This document shows positions 1 through 8,282 of a DNA stretch of 23,816 bases, one piece after another. Location: NCBI GenBank assembly GCA_016926395.1, contig JAFGOT010000025.1:1-23816 (forward strand), given 5' to 3'. Position 1 is the first letter of the stretch. Each line of letters begins with the position of its first letter. This stretch comes from Candidatus Woesearchaeota archaeon (lineage in GTDB: Archaea > Nanobdellota > Nanobdellia > Woesearchaeales > SKGA01). The position numbers and the translations under genes were made by a program. The notes beneath the pieces are model-generated. The model was not told the DNA's origin. It saw only the letters and a list, made by a program, of their open reading frames with translations, and ran no database searches.

Positions 1-2
1 AT

Positions 3-236
3 CCTTATGCATACCACATAACTACTAAAAACGAAGTACTAGAAAAAAAATCAGATGATGGGGAGCCAAGCTCAACTGCAGGCCTGCCTTTCAAAAATAT
101 TATTGAGAAGAATAACCTTACTAATTGTTTAATCGTCGTAGCTAGGATTTTTGGGGGCGTTAAACTTGGAACTGCGGGGTTAAGAAACGCATTCAAAGAA
201 TCAGCAACAAAAGCATTAGAGAATTCTAAAGAATAA
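3..236 (+). CDS. yigZ: YigZ/IMPACT (UPF0029) family protein, 3' part, 5'-truncated by the window edge
   Basis: Not in the ORF track. My translation of frame +3 from base 3 is PYAYHITTKNEVLEKKSDDGEPSSTAGLPFKNIIEKNNLTNCLIVVARIFGGVKLGTAGLRNAFKESATKALENSKE*, with TAA at 234-236. It carries the family signatures SDDGEPxxTAG and VVxRxFGGxKLGxxGL. Confidence 0.9.
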   Translation, partial: PYAYHITTKNEVLEKKSDDGEPSSTAGLPFKNIIEKNNLTNCLIVVARIFGGVKLGTAGLRNAFKESATKALENSKE

Positions 237-268
237 CTTTAAAAATAAACAACAACATAAAGGCAATC

Positions 269-508
269 ATGTGGAACACAAGTAAATTTGAAGTAATAAT
301 CTATCTTGTTTTAGGTTTTTATATTGCTACACCTTCCTCAATAAATGTATTCTATAAATTAATTAATTATTTTAGCAAAGGAGCAAGTCAAACAACTCTA
401 GAGCTTTTTGTGTTCCTTAAATTATTTGTAAGTATCATCGGAGCAATAATAGTTGTAGCAGCAGCTATGGATATTTACAATAAAATAAAAGGCAATGAGT
501 TTGCTTGA
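269..508 (+). CDS. Small hypothetical membrane protein (79 aa, 2 hydrophobic segments)
   Basis: ATG-started ORF filling the gap after yigZ; hydrophobic stretches VIIYLVLGFYIA and LFVFLKLFVSIIGAIIVVAAAM; no recognisable family. Confidence 0.55.
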   Translation: MWNTSKFEVIIYLVLGFYIATPSSINVFYKLINYFSKGASQTTLELFVFLKLFVSIIGAIIVVAAAMDIYNKIKGNEFA

Positions 509-518
509 TTGGGCTTTC

Positions 519-671
519 TTATTTAGTTAATAGTATTATAACACCACTAACAATAGTCAATAAGTGTATCACCGTTGTAAAAATTCCAAGTCTTATTCCT
601 AAAAATGGAAAAACACCAATAACTATTAAAAATACTCCAATCCATTTGTGAATATCTATTTTTTTAGCCAT
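519..671 (-). CDS. Small hypothetical membrane protein (50 aa, 2 TM)
   Basis: Probable start is ATG at 671 (MAKKIDIHKW...) rather than 710. Basic N-terminus followed by two hydrophobic helices; convergent with the previous gene. Confidence 0.5.
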   Translation of the reverse strand: MAKKIDIHKWIGVFLIVIGVFPFLGIRLGIFTTVIHLLTIVSGVIILLTK

Positions 672-783
672 GAATCGCTGTAAAGAAACAAAGTTTATAA
701 ATAATTGCATCTAAATTACGATTAAGAGGTCAAATTAACAGCCAAACGAGTTGAAACGGTTGTTATAAGCTAGAGTTGAAACA

Positions 784-1272
784 ATGAAGAACGTGTTATC
801 TGATAAATACAAAGAAGTTCTTTGCACAATTGCTGATGAACTAAACAAAAGACATGTTAATTGGACTTTAGTAGGTAGTTCTAATCTTCGTCTTCAAGGC
901 ATTGAAGCTAAAGAATCAGATATTGACATTGCAACAGACAAAGAAGGTGCAGACATCTTCGAAGAAATATTTGTTGACTATATGATTGACCCAGTTATTT
1001 ATTCTACTGAAGAAAATAAGTTTAGATCACATTTTGGAAGATTTAAAATTAATAATATTCTTGTTGAGATAATGGGAGAATTGGAAGTTTATGATATCCA
1101 ACACGAAAAATGGATTGTAGCAATCCAAAGCAACAAAGTAATTACAAAAAATTTAGGTAACAGCATAATTTTCGCTAACTCCCTTGATCACGAATTAGAA
1201 TTATATCGCGCTAGAGGAAGAATAGATAATGCTCAATTAATAATTAAAAATTTTGTTGAGAAATTTAGATAA
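784..1272 (+). CDS. Pol-beta superfamily nucleotidyltransferase, single domain
   Basis: LVGSS...SDIDIAT gives the GS and DxD motifs; a candidate third acidic residue lies in VEIMGE. Substrate unknown. Confidence 0.75.
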   Translation: MKNVLSDKYKEVLCTIADELNKRHVNWTLVGSSNLRLQGIEAKESDIDIATDKEGADIFEEIFVDYMIDPVIYSTEENKFRSHFGRFKINNILVEIMGELEVYDIQHEKWIVAIQSNKVITKNLGNSIIFANSLDHELELYRARGRIDNAQLIIKNFVEKFR

Positions 1273-1277
1273 ATAAA

Positions 1278-2252
1278 TTAACAATCAATTTTTTCAATAG
1301 GGAGTTCAATTGTGAATTTTGCACCATTGCCCCGTTCATTGTTTTCAACAGAAATAGAACCACCATGTTCTTCAACAAATTCTTTAACTAAGTAAAGACC
1401 TTTTCCATGATGTTCTCCTTCATTAGCTCGTCTTGATTTTCTATAACCAAAAATATCTGCAGGATCAGGAAATATATTAGTATCAATGCCAGTTCCATTA
1501 TCTTGAACAATTAAAGTGTATCGAACATCTTTAACTGAGCCATTTAAACTTAGAAATTTTTCTCTATCATCCACGCCATCAAAGGCATGATCGACAGCAT
1601 TGTTTAGTAAATAAGAAACCACACCACCTACATAATCTTCTTTAAAGGATGCAGGTTGCAATTTATCTTCAACATTAATTCTCTGAGAGGTAAATCGTGC
1701 CATAATATCTTTAAGTAAAAGTTTTGTATCAACATCAATTCTATAACAGTCTCTAACAGGTGCAAAAAATTTATTTGCAGAATAGATTATTTGTTTTAAA
1801 CCAGAATCAATATGTGGAGAATAATCTAAAATAGGAGTGGTTATTGGGCCGCCTGTTTTAAACATCGTTTCTAAAAAAGGAAAATAATTATCTAAATTAT
1901 CAACAGAAGTCAAATATAATTGTGCTCCTTCTTCTGGCGTTAGAACAGTAAATGCGTGCTCAGTATTAACTGGCAGTCTTGTAATAAATGAATTCATCAA
2001 AGAAAGACCATTTTTGTAATTTAATACAACGTCGTCTAATCCTCGAATAATATTTTGTTGTTCTTTTGATATTGGCTCTTCTTTGTCAGATAGAATAAGA
2101 TTGCTAAATCCAAAAACGTAGTTAGTAGGAGTCATTAAATCATGCCCCATTTGATTTGCAAGCCTGGATAACCTAGCAATGTCGCCTATTGCTTCTGCTC
2201 TCCACATTTCAAGAGTATTTGTCAAATCGTCCAGTGTAAAATCTACAGGCAT
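1278..2252 (-). CDS. Cytoplasmic histidine kinase (DHp + HATPase_c) without a sensor domain
   Basis: H-box GHDLMTP (His codon 2142-2144), N-box LLNNAVDH, G1 DNGTGI, F-box DIF, G2 HHGKGL, terminal GAKFTIELP. Start placed at ATG 2252 because TTTATAAA lies at 2275-2282; the ORF track uses GTG 2267. Confidence 0.85.
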   Translation of the reverse strand: MPVDFTLDDLTNTLEMWRAEAIGDIARLSRLANQMGHDLMTPTNYVFGFSNLILSDKEEPISKEQQNIIRGLDDVVLNYKNGLSLMNSFITRLPVNTEHAFTVLTPEEGAQLYLTSVDNLDNYFPFLETMFKTGGPITTPILDYSPHIDSGLKQIIYSANKFFAPVRDCYRIDVDTKLLLKDIMARFTSQRINVEDKLQPASFKEDYVGGVVSYLLNNAVDHAFDGVDDREKFLSLNGSVKDVRYTLIVQDNGTGIDTNIFPDPADIFGYRKSRRANEGEHHGKGLYLVKEFVEEHGGSISVENNERGNGAKFTIELPIEKIDC

Positions 2253-2274
2253 ATCTAGAAAGACCACTTATCTA

Positions 2275-2282
2275 TTTATAAA
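2275..2282 (-). promoter_or_regulatory. Archaeal TATA box of the histidine kinase gene
   Basis: TTTATAAA begins 23 nt from ATG 2252, with an A-rich BRE-like ACAAAATG just upstream on the minus strand. Confidence 0.55.
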
Positions 2283-2325
2283 CATTTTGTTTTTATCGTC
2301 ACTGTTAAGTGATAAATTAAGTTAT

Positions 2326-4542
2326 TTATGAAACTGAGCCATTCTTAATCTCTTTATCAGCCTTTAAAACGCCGTTTTCGGCTTTTAATTCTTTATCATT
2401 GAGCATCAAAATCCCTTCTTTTAACTCAAATTTGTAAGTTAAAAAGTCATCAAAAGTTAATTCATCAGCTGGAAGCCCAATTTCACCATCAACATGCACT
2501 CGAGAACCAGGATTCGCTTCAGGAGCAGTTATTACGCCCACCACGCCTTTTTCATCTTCAGCAGCTAAAAGCATACCATAACTCATTTCCCCTCTTAATT
2601 TAGCAGGTTTTAAGTTTCTAACAACAATTATGTGTTTTCCTTCCAGTTCGTCAGCTGCATAGTAAGGAACAAGACCTGAAACAATTTGTAAAGGCTCTTC
2701 TTCACCAACATCCACTTTTTCTATGTAAAGCTTATCGGCTTTTGGATGATTCTCCACTTGTAGTATTCTACCAACCTGTAAAAATAGTTTTTCTGTTCCC
2801 ATAGTATCATCTTTTTTGTTTAACTCACGTTCACTTTGTGGTTTTGAATATTTTTCTTTTAGAAGAGCAATTTGTTCATCTTCAACTTTTTCAAATAATA
2901 TTTTCGCATCCCCTATTTTATGATTCTTTAGACTTAATAATCCAGCATCATCAAATTGTTTTTCTTCAATATTAAGTTGAGAAAATATCTCTTTTGAAAT
3001 TGTAGGCATGTAAGGAAGTGATAAAATCGCCAAGTCTTTTACTACATTAACTAAAATAGAAAGATCATTTTTTGCTAAATCAGGATTTTCATTTCTTGTT
3101 TTCCAAGGCTCGCTTTGTTGAAAAAACACGTTTGCTTCTTTACTTATTTTCATAAGTTGCATAAGACCTTCTCGAAGTTTAATTTTTGACAATAATTGTT
3201 TATAAGTTTCAATTCCTTCTTTGTGTTTTAATAAGAAACTTTTTGCATCAGAGTTAAGTTTAGTTTCATCAACTTCAATTATTTCACCATCAAAAAATCT
3301 ATTTGTAAACGTTATCGTTCTATTAACTAGATTTCCAAGATTAGCAACAAGTTCATTATTTAATCTTTCTTGAAGACCAGCCCAAGTAAATTGTGTATCT
3401 GCTCCTTCAGGACGATTATACATCAACATATATCTAAAAACATCAGCAGGAATCCCACTCTCTTGTGCATTATCTCCAAACACACCAACTCCTCGACTCT
3501 TAGAAAATTTTGTATGTTCATAATTTAGATATTCTGTAACATTTAAAGTAGTCACCAAATTATAATCGCAAGTTTTGTAATCTGCAGGTTTTGAACTTGC
3601 AGCCATTAAAGTTGCAGGAAAGATTATTGAATGAAAAGGAGTATTATCTTTACCCATAAATTGAACTAAAGGAACATCTTTATTTTGCCACCATTCTTTC
3701 CAACCATCACCTAATAATTGTTCAGTAATTGAAATATATCCTATTGGCGCATCGAACCAAACATAAAACACTTTGTCAACATACCGTCCACCAAACACAG
3801 ATTCCGGAATAGATATACCCCAGTTTAAATCTCTAGTTATCGCACGGGGTTTTAATCCCTCTTTAAACCAAGAATTAGTTGTTCGCACAGCATTTTCTGT
3901 CCAGCCACCTTTAACTGATTGAACTTTAACCCAATCTTCAAGAGCTTCTTGTAGTTCATTTAATTTTAAAAATAAATGTTTTGTTTTTCTAAATTCTGGA
4001 CTAGTTCCATCCAATTTACATTTTGGATTTTTTAGTTCTTCAGGATTTAGAAGTTTACCACAGTGGTCACATTGATCTCCACCAGCATCTTCATAACCAC
4101 AATGAGGACAAGTTCCTCTAACAAATCTATCAGCTAAAAAAGTATCACATGTAGCACAAAACGGTTGCACCACTTCTTTCTCTCCAATATAACCATTAGA
4201 ATGAACTTTATTAAATAATTCTTGAGTAATTTTTTTATGATTTTCTTCACTAGTTCTTCCAAATACATCAAATGAAATATTTATCCACTTGTAAATTTCT
4301 TTATGAACATCATAATATTTATCACAAAGTTGTTTAGGAGTCACACCTTCTTCTCTTGCTTTTGTTTCTGTTGCTGTTCCGTGTTCATCACTTCCACAAA
4401 CATAAAGAACTTCCATACCCATCGCTCTACAAAATCTCGCATAAACATCAGCAGATAATACTGCTCCAACTAAGTTTCCTAAGTGTGGAATATTATTTAC
4501 ATACGGTAGAGCACTTGTTATGAGTATTTTTTTAGATTCCAT
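2326..4542 (-). CDS. metG: Methionyl-tRNA synthetase with C-terminal EMAPII/Trbp111-type tRNA-binding domain
   Basis: HIGH motif PHLGN, KMSKS motif KFSKS, zinc knuckles (CATC, CPHC, CDHC), YVWFDAPIGY, FMGKDN; C-terminal OB fold (HPKADKLY...NLKPAKLRGEMSYGMLLAA). Confidence 0.98.
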   Translation of the reverse strand: MESKKILITSALPYVNNIPHLGNLVGAVLSADVYARFCRAMGMEVLYVCGSDEHGTATETKAREEGVTPKQLCDKYYDVHKEIYKWINISFDVFGRTSEENHKKITQELFNKVHSNGYIGEKEVVQPFCATCDTFLADRFVRGTCPHCGYEDAGGDQCDHCGKLLNPEELKNPKCKLDGTSPEFRKTKHLFLKLNELQEALEDWVKVQSVKGGWTENAVRTTNSWFKEGLKPRAITRDLNWGISIPESVFGGRYVDKVFYVWFDAPIGYISITEQLLGDGWKEWWQNKDVPLVQFMGKDNTPFHSIIFPATLMAASSKPADYKTCDYNLVTTLNVTEYLNYEHTKFSKSRGVGVFGDNAQESGIPADVFRYMLMYNRPEGADTQFTWAGLQERLNNELVANLGNLVNRTITFTNRFFDGEIIEVDETKLNSDAKSFLLKHKEGIETYKQLLSKIKLREGLMQLMKISKEANVFFQQSEPWKTRNENPDLAKNDLSILVNVVKDLAILSLPYMPTISKEIFSQLNIEEKQFDDAGLLSLKNHKIGDAKILFEKVEDEQIALLKEKYSKPQSERELNKKDDTMGTEKLFLQVGRILQVENHPKADKLYIEKVDVGEEEPLQIVSGLVPYYAADELEGKHIIVVRNLKPAKLRGEMSYGMLLAAEDEKGVVGVITAPEANPGSRVHVDGEIGLPADELTFDDFLTYKFELKEGILMLNDKELKAENGVLKADKEIKNGSVS

Positions 4543-4567
4543 AATACAATTGTAAGCTAATACTTCC

Positions 4568-4575
4568 TTTTAAAG
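4568..4575 (-). promoter_or_regulatory. Probable TATA box of metG
   Basis: CTTTAAAA on the minus strand with 25 nt between it and ATG 4542. Confidence 0.45.
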
Positions 4576-4796
4576 CTTTTTGTGAAATATAGAATAAATA
4601 CGTCTTTAAAACAATAAAAAAAAGACCATTTATAATCAATTAGTAAAAGAAAAGAATTCTAAAAGAGTATTTTCGTAAACAAGAGATAAAAAAACACTCA
4701 ATAAGTCAAAAGAGAACCATATAGAGCTTCTAAACTATATTTTTCAAAACTCTTAAAAACTCACCTCTTAGATTTAAAGTTCAAGGGCGAGTAATT

Positions 4797-6065
4797 ATGA
4801 CAAACAACACACGAGAACTTCTTGAACACGAGAAGTATCTTTTAACAAGACAAAAACAAATTAACAAGCTCAGTAAAAATATTTCAGGTAACGTTCATAT
4901 AAAAAGACTTCCAACATTACAACAATACAATCTTGATCCTAACAAAAGAATTCTTTTCATCGCCGCAAACCACTGGAGTTTAGCAGATTTTATTTTATCA
5001 ACCAATGAATTTCTAAAATATAATATAGAAGTTCCATTCACTCTTGGAGGAACCAACCTTTACAAATCATTTATTACAAAAGAATTTTTAGGAATTTCCT
5101 TACTCCCTGATCTTGTTAAAGGAGGGATGATACCAGTTCACCGTGGTCAAAAAACAAAAATAGCAAAATCAAATTTCAAAGAACTTTACAATACTCTTGA
5201 TGACATCATAAATAAACAAGGAAACATAAAAGTTTATGATAAACAAGGACGAAATAAAACAGGATTTATAAGACCATTTCAGGCAAACATAATAAAATAT
5301 ATTCTTGGTCAAATAAAAAATTCAAATGATGAATGGGATTTAATTATAGAAACTAGTAACTATGATGAAATTCCTGAGATTGAAACTTTAGAAAAAACAA
5401 TTCGCCTAAACAAAGAAAAACCACCAGGATATGGAATGAAAGTTTTGAAAACAGACATTCAAAGTTTAAGATATCATTCTAAAAATGGAGCAGCAGAAAA
5501 TGAAGTTCATCTAATTTATGATAACCCTATCTCAATAAAAGAAATATTAAAATCGAACAAAAACAATTCTCAGTTCGCGTCTCAGGAAATAATTAGTTTA
5601 GTTAATGAAAAACAAAAAAATATTATTATCACACCAACATCATTAATTTCTTCAATGTTAATGTTTTACAGTCCAAATGTTGAATCTGGCGAAATGGTTA
5701 CTCCAAAAAAAGCAAACAGATTCTTTTTTGAATTTTTTAACAACATAACAGATAAAAACCAATATAGCTTGTTTATTCAAGAAAGAATAAACGATCCTAA
5801 TAGGCGGTATGAAATTATCGATAGAGGTATTTTTTGTTTAAATAAAGGAAAAGAAGGTCGCTTTGCAACACAATTAGGACAAGGTTTCGATATGGTAAAA
5901 CCACAATATAGTAAAAATAAAAATATGGAATCAGATAGAAATCAAGTAGTAGAATATTATGCTAATCAAATTCCCCACATTACAGAGAATATTTTTAACA
6001 CAGAAATATTTACTGAGTTTGATTTCGAGCTTGAGAAAATAAATAAACGAGAAGAAAGCAAATAA
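4797..6065 (+). CDS. PlsB/GPAT/DHAPAT-like glycerolipid acyltransferase (LPLAT superfamily)
   Basis: Motif I NHWSLAD (HX4D, His codon 4971-4973); PFTLGGTNL resembles PlsB PHIAAGINL; motif II-like GMIPVHRG; motif III-like VYDKQGRNKTG versus FVEGGRSRTG; motif IV-like IIETSNYDEIPE. Confidence 0.72.
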   Translation: MTNNTRELLEHEKYLLTRQKQINKLSKNISGNVHIKRLPTLQQYNLDPNKRILFIAANHWSLADFILSTNEFLKYNIEVPFTLGGTNLYKSFITKEFLGISLLPDLVKGGMIPVHRGQKTKIAKSNFKELYNTLDDIINKQGNIKVYDKQGRNKTGFIRPFQANIIKYILGQIKNSNDEWDLIIETSNYDEIPEIETLEKTIRLNKEKPPGYGMKVLKTDIQSLRYHSKNGAAENEVHLIYDNPISIKEILKSNKNNSQFASQEIISLVNEKQKNIIITPTSLISSMLMFYSPNVESGEMVTPKKANRFFFEFFNNITDKNQYSLFIQERINDPNRRYEIIDRGIFCLNKGKEGRFATQLGQGFDMVKPQYSKNKNMESDRNQVVEYYANQIPHITENIFNTEIFTEFDFELEKINKREESK

Positions 6066-7061
6066 TTAATACGGTTTTATTTCTTGTCGATACTTTTCTA
6101 ACACGTCAAGAAGTTCATCTTTGGTTGTACAAAGAGGTATTTTTTTAGCATCAAAAGTTTTTTCAAAATTATCAATTTCGTAAACATCTAAAAGGTCAGT
6201 TTTTGATAAATAACAAATAATTGGTTTTCCTGATGTTTTTAATTGTTTGAAAAGTTTCTGCTGATCTTTTAGAGAATAACCACTACTTTCTGTTAAGTCA
6301 AAAACATACAACACCAAATCACTAACATATCTTATTGCTAAATACGCTTGTTTTTCTACAGGGTTCATTTGTTCAGGACGATTTAATGTTCCAGGAGTAT
6401 CAATGAATTGTATTTTTGTTCCTCGTGTTTTTCTATAACCTAAATTCAGTTTTTTTGTGGTAAAAGCATAACTATTAATTTCAGGAGTAGCACTAGTTAT
6501 TTTAGTAAGTAATGTTGATTTTCCAACATTTGGAAATCCTGCAATACAAACAGTAAACAAATCGTCTTTAATACTAGGAAATTCACGTAAAGCTTGACGT
6601 GCGTGATGTAAAAACTCAAAATCTTTTTTTACTTGTTTGAACAAAGAACCAATACGACCATAATATTGCTTTGTTAAACCATCAATAGCGTTTGCATCAG
6701 CTGACCTTTTTATTTTTTGATTAAATTCTCGACTGAATTTCTTTATCTGATCTTTTAACCAATTAAGACCACCTAGACTTTTTTTTAATTGTTTGTAGTT
6801 TAATGAATGTTTTAGAAGTTGAGTGTAAAATTCACTCAAATTATCAAAGTTAGGATACTTAGCAATTATAGTGTCTAATTTTACAGTTAAGTAATCATTA
6901 ACAGTAGTTACTTTAATTAAAGCTAAAGATTTAGTTCTATTAAGTGCTGATTTTTCATGGTCTGCAAGAGTGTGATTTCTAGCATTAGTTCTAGCCTTCT
7001 TAAAAGCTGCATCCAAATATAAATCCGCTTTCTCTATTGGAGGTAAATCACTAAATCCCAT
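6066..7061 (-). CDS. nog1: NOG1-family (Obg-like) ribosome biogenesis GTPase
   Basis: G1 GFPNVGKS, G2 YAFTTK, G3 DTPG, G4 SKTD, after a helical N-terminal domain. Start re-placed to ATG 7061 (MGFSDLP); the longer ORF-track start would overlap the divergent gene. Confidence 0.92.
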   Translation of the reverse strand: MGFSDLPPIEKADLYLDAAFKKARTNARNHTLADHEKSALNRTKSLALIKVTTVNDYLTVKLDTIIAKYPNFDNLSEFYTQLLKHSLNYKQLKKSLGGLNWLKDQIKKFSREFNQKIKRSADANAIDGLTKQYYGRIGSLFKQVKKDFEFLHHARQALREFPSIKDDLFTVCIAGFPNVGKSTLLTKITSATPEINSYAFTTKKLNLGYRKTRGTKIQFIDTPGTLNRPEQMNPVEKQAYLAIRYVSDLVLYVFDLTESSGYSLKDQQKLFKQLKTSGKPIICYLSKTDLLDVYEIDNFEKTFDAKKIPLCTTKDELLDVLEKYRQEIKPY

Positions 7062-7086
7062 ATTAGTTCTTGAAAATGAAGCATCA

Positions 7087-7094
7087 TTTATAAA
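7087..7094. promoter_or_regulatory. Palindromic TATA box shared by divergent nog1 and methyltransferase genes
   Basis: TTTATAAA sits in a 61-bp divergent gap, 25 nt from ATG 7061 (-) and 28 nt from ATG 7123 (+). Confidence 0.5.
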
Positions 7095-7122
7095 CCCATC
7101 CTCTTTTTCACCAAACAAAGAA

Positions 7123-7641
7123 ATGACAACAAGCAAAGAAATCATCGAATATTTTAAAATAATTGATGTTCAAAAAAAAGAAAATCAGGAGCACATTAGA
7201 GATACCGACAAAGGTATTTTTGGAGTTAGCAATCTTGAAATTATGGATGATTTTTTCAACAAAATAAGAATATCAAAAGAAGATGTATTTGTAGATTTAG
7301 GAAGTGGAGATGGACGAGTTAATATTTTAGCAAGCATTTATTCTAAATCTATTGGAATTGAATTTGACAAAGAATTAGTTCAAGAAAGCATTAAACATAA
7401 CGACATCCTTAAAACAGCAGCCATTTTTTTAGAACAAGACTATGAATCATATGATTTTTCTAAAACAACTATTTTATTTTCATTTGCAGATCACTTCTTT
7501 AACGAAAAATTTATTGCCAAACTAAGTAAAGAATTCAAAGGAACACTATATATTTATCAAGGAATTTTCACTCCAGAAAAAATAACTAAAGGTAAAACAA
7601 TTTGGATTAATCAAACACCCATTTATTCATATTTATTCTAG
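7123..7641 (+). CDS. Class I SAM-dependent methyltransferase (FAM173/aKMT/DOT1-like motif I)
   Basis: VDLGSGDGRV motif I followed by SIGIEFD (acidic end of beta-2). Confidence 0.85.
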   Translation: MTTSKEIIEYFKIIDVQKKENQEHIRDTDKGIFGVSNLEIMDDFFNKIRISKEDVFVDLGSGDGRVNILASIYSKSIGIEFDKELVQESIKHNDILKTAAIFLEQDYESYDFSKTTILFSFADHFFNEKFIAKLSKEFKGTLYIYQGIFTPEKITKGKTIWINQTPIYSYLF

Positions 7642-7643
7642 AA

Positions 7644-8282
7644 TTACTTTCGAAGTTTAGAAGCCCTTTTGTAATATCTCTTAGCTTTCTTCAATTTAGA
7701 TGATTCAAAAGCATGTTGTCCTTTTTTATGAAGATTTATTGCTCGAGTGTTTTTATCCTGCCAAGGAGCACCGCCCATGTAATGTTCAAAGAATACAAAC
7801 ATTAAAACAAACACCAACACTACAAAGGATAGAATTCCTATTTTTGTTCCAGTTCCAATAACAGCACCTGTAGGAGTGGTGTTTTGTTTAGGTTGAGATT
7901 TATTTTCTATCACAAACGTTTTTACTAACATTTTTTTTTGTTCATAATCGGCAATTGATTCATAATCCACATCTTTGCTAACACTCAATACAGAAATGGT
8001 GTAAGTATTATCAAGAGCATAAAGCGTTTTCAATGTCAAGTTCAAAGATTCCAAACAATCACATTTCCATCTATGTTTCGTTTCCGTTGCAGAAAACAGT
8101 TCACAACCAGCTAATTCATATGCTCCTTGATATATTTCTCCAAAACCCGTTACGTCAACATAAAATGTGTACTCACTACAATTTTGAAAAGAAGTTAAAT
8201 TATGTTGTTCTACAGCTAAAGCTACACTCATCAATCCTATAAATAAAAGAACCCTCAACAATAACTTTAAACTATTTTTCAT
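7644..8282 (-). CDS. Hypothetical type I membrane protein: signal peptide, Cys-containing ectodomain, TM helix, basic tail
   Basis: N-terminal MKNSLKLLLRVLLFIGLMSVALA; four Cys in the ectodomain; TM IGILSFVVLVFVLMFVFF; Lys/Arg-rich C-terminus. Confidence 0.75.
   Translation of the reverse strand: MKNSLKLLLRVLLFIGLMSVALAVEQHNLTSFQNCSEYTFYVDVTGFGEIYQGAYELAGCELFSATETKHRWKCDCLESLNLTLKTLYALDNTYTISVLSVSKDVDYESIADYEQKKMLVKTFVIENKSQPKQNTTPTGAVIGTGTKIGILSFVVLVFVLMFVFFEHYMGGAPWQDKNTRAINLHKKGQHAFESSKLKKAKRYYKRASKLRK

Noticed and set aside
5-196. 63-aa minus-strand ORF from the track
   Set aside because: Antisense shadow of the motif-bearing YigZ/IMPACT frame on the + strand.
748-782. GAGTTGAAAC twice (748-757, 773-782), resembling the 3' end of CRISPR repeats
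   Set aside because: Only 10 bp, two copies, 25-bp period, no cas genes; at most an operator flanking TTATAAG.
7062-7145. N-terminal extension of the NOG1 ORF (MISLLVVISL...)
   Set aside because: Overlaps the divergent methyltransferase gene and the TATA box; ATG 7061 fits family length and promoter spacing.
7644-8282. Na,K-ATPase beta-subunit analogue near the pump
   Set aside because: Topology is type I (signal peptide, C-terminal TM) whereas beta subunits are type II; no sequence resemblance.
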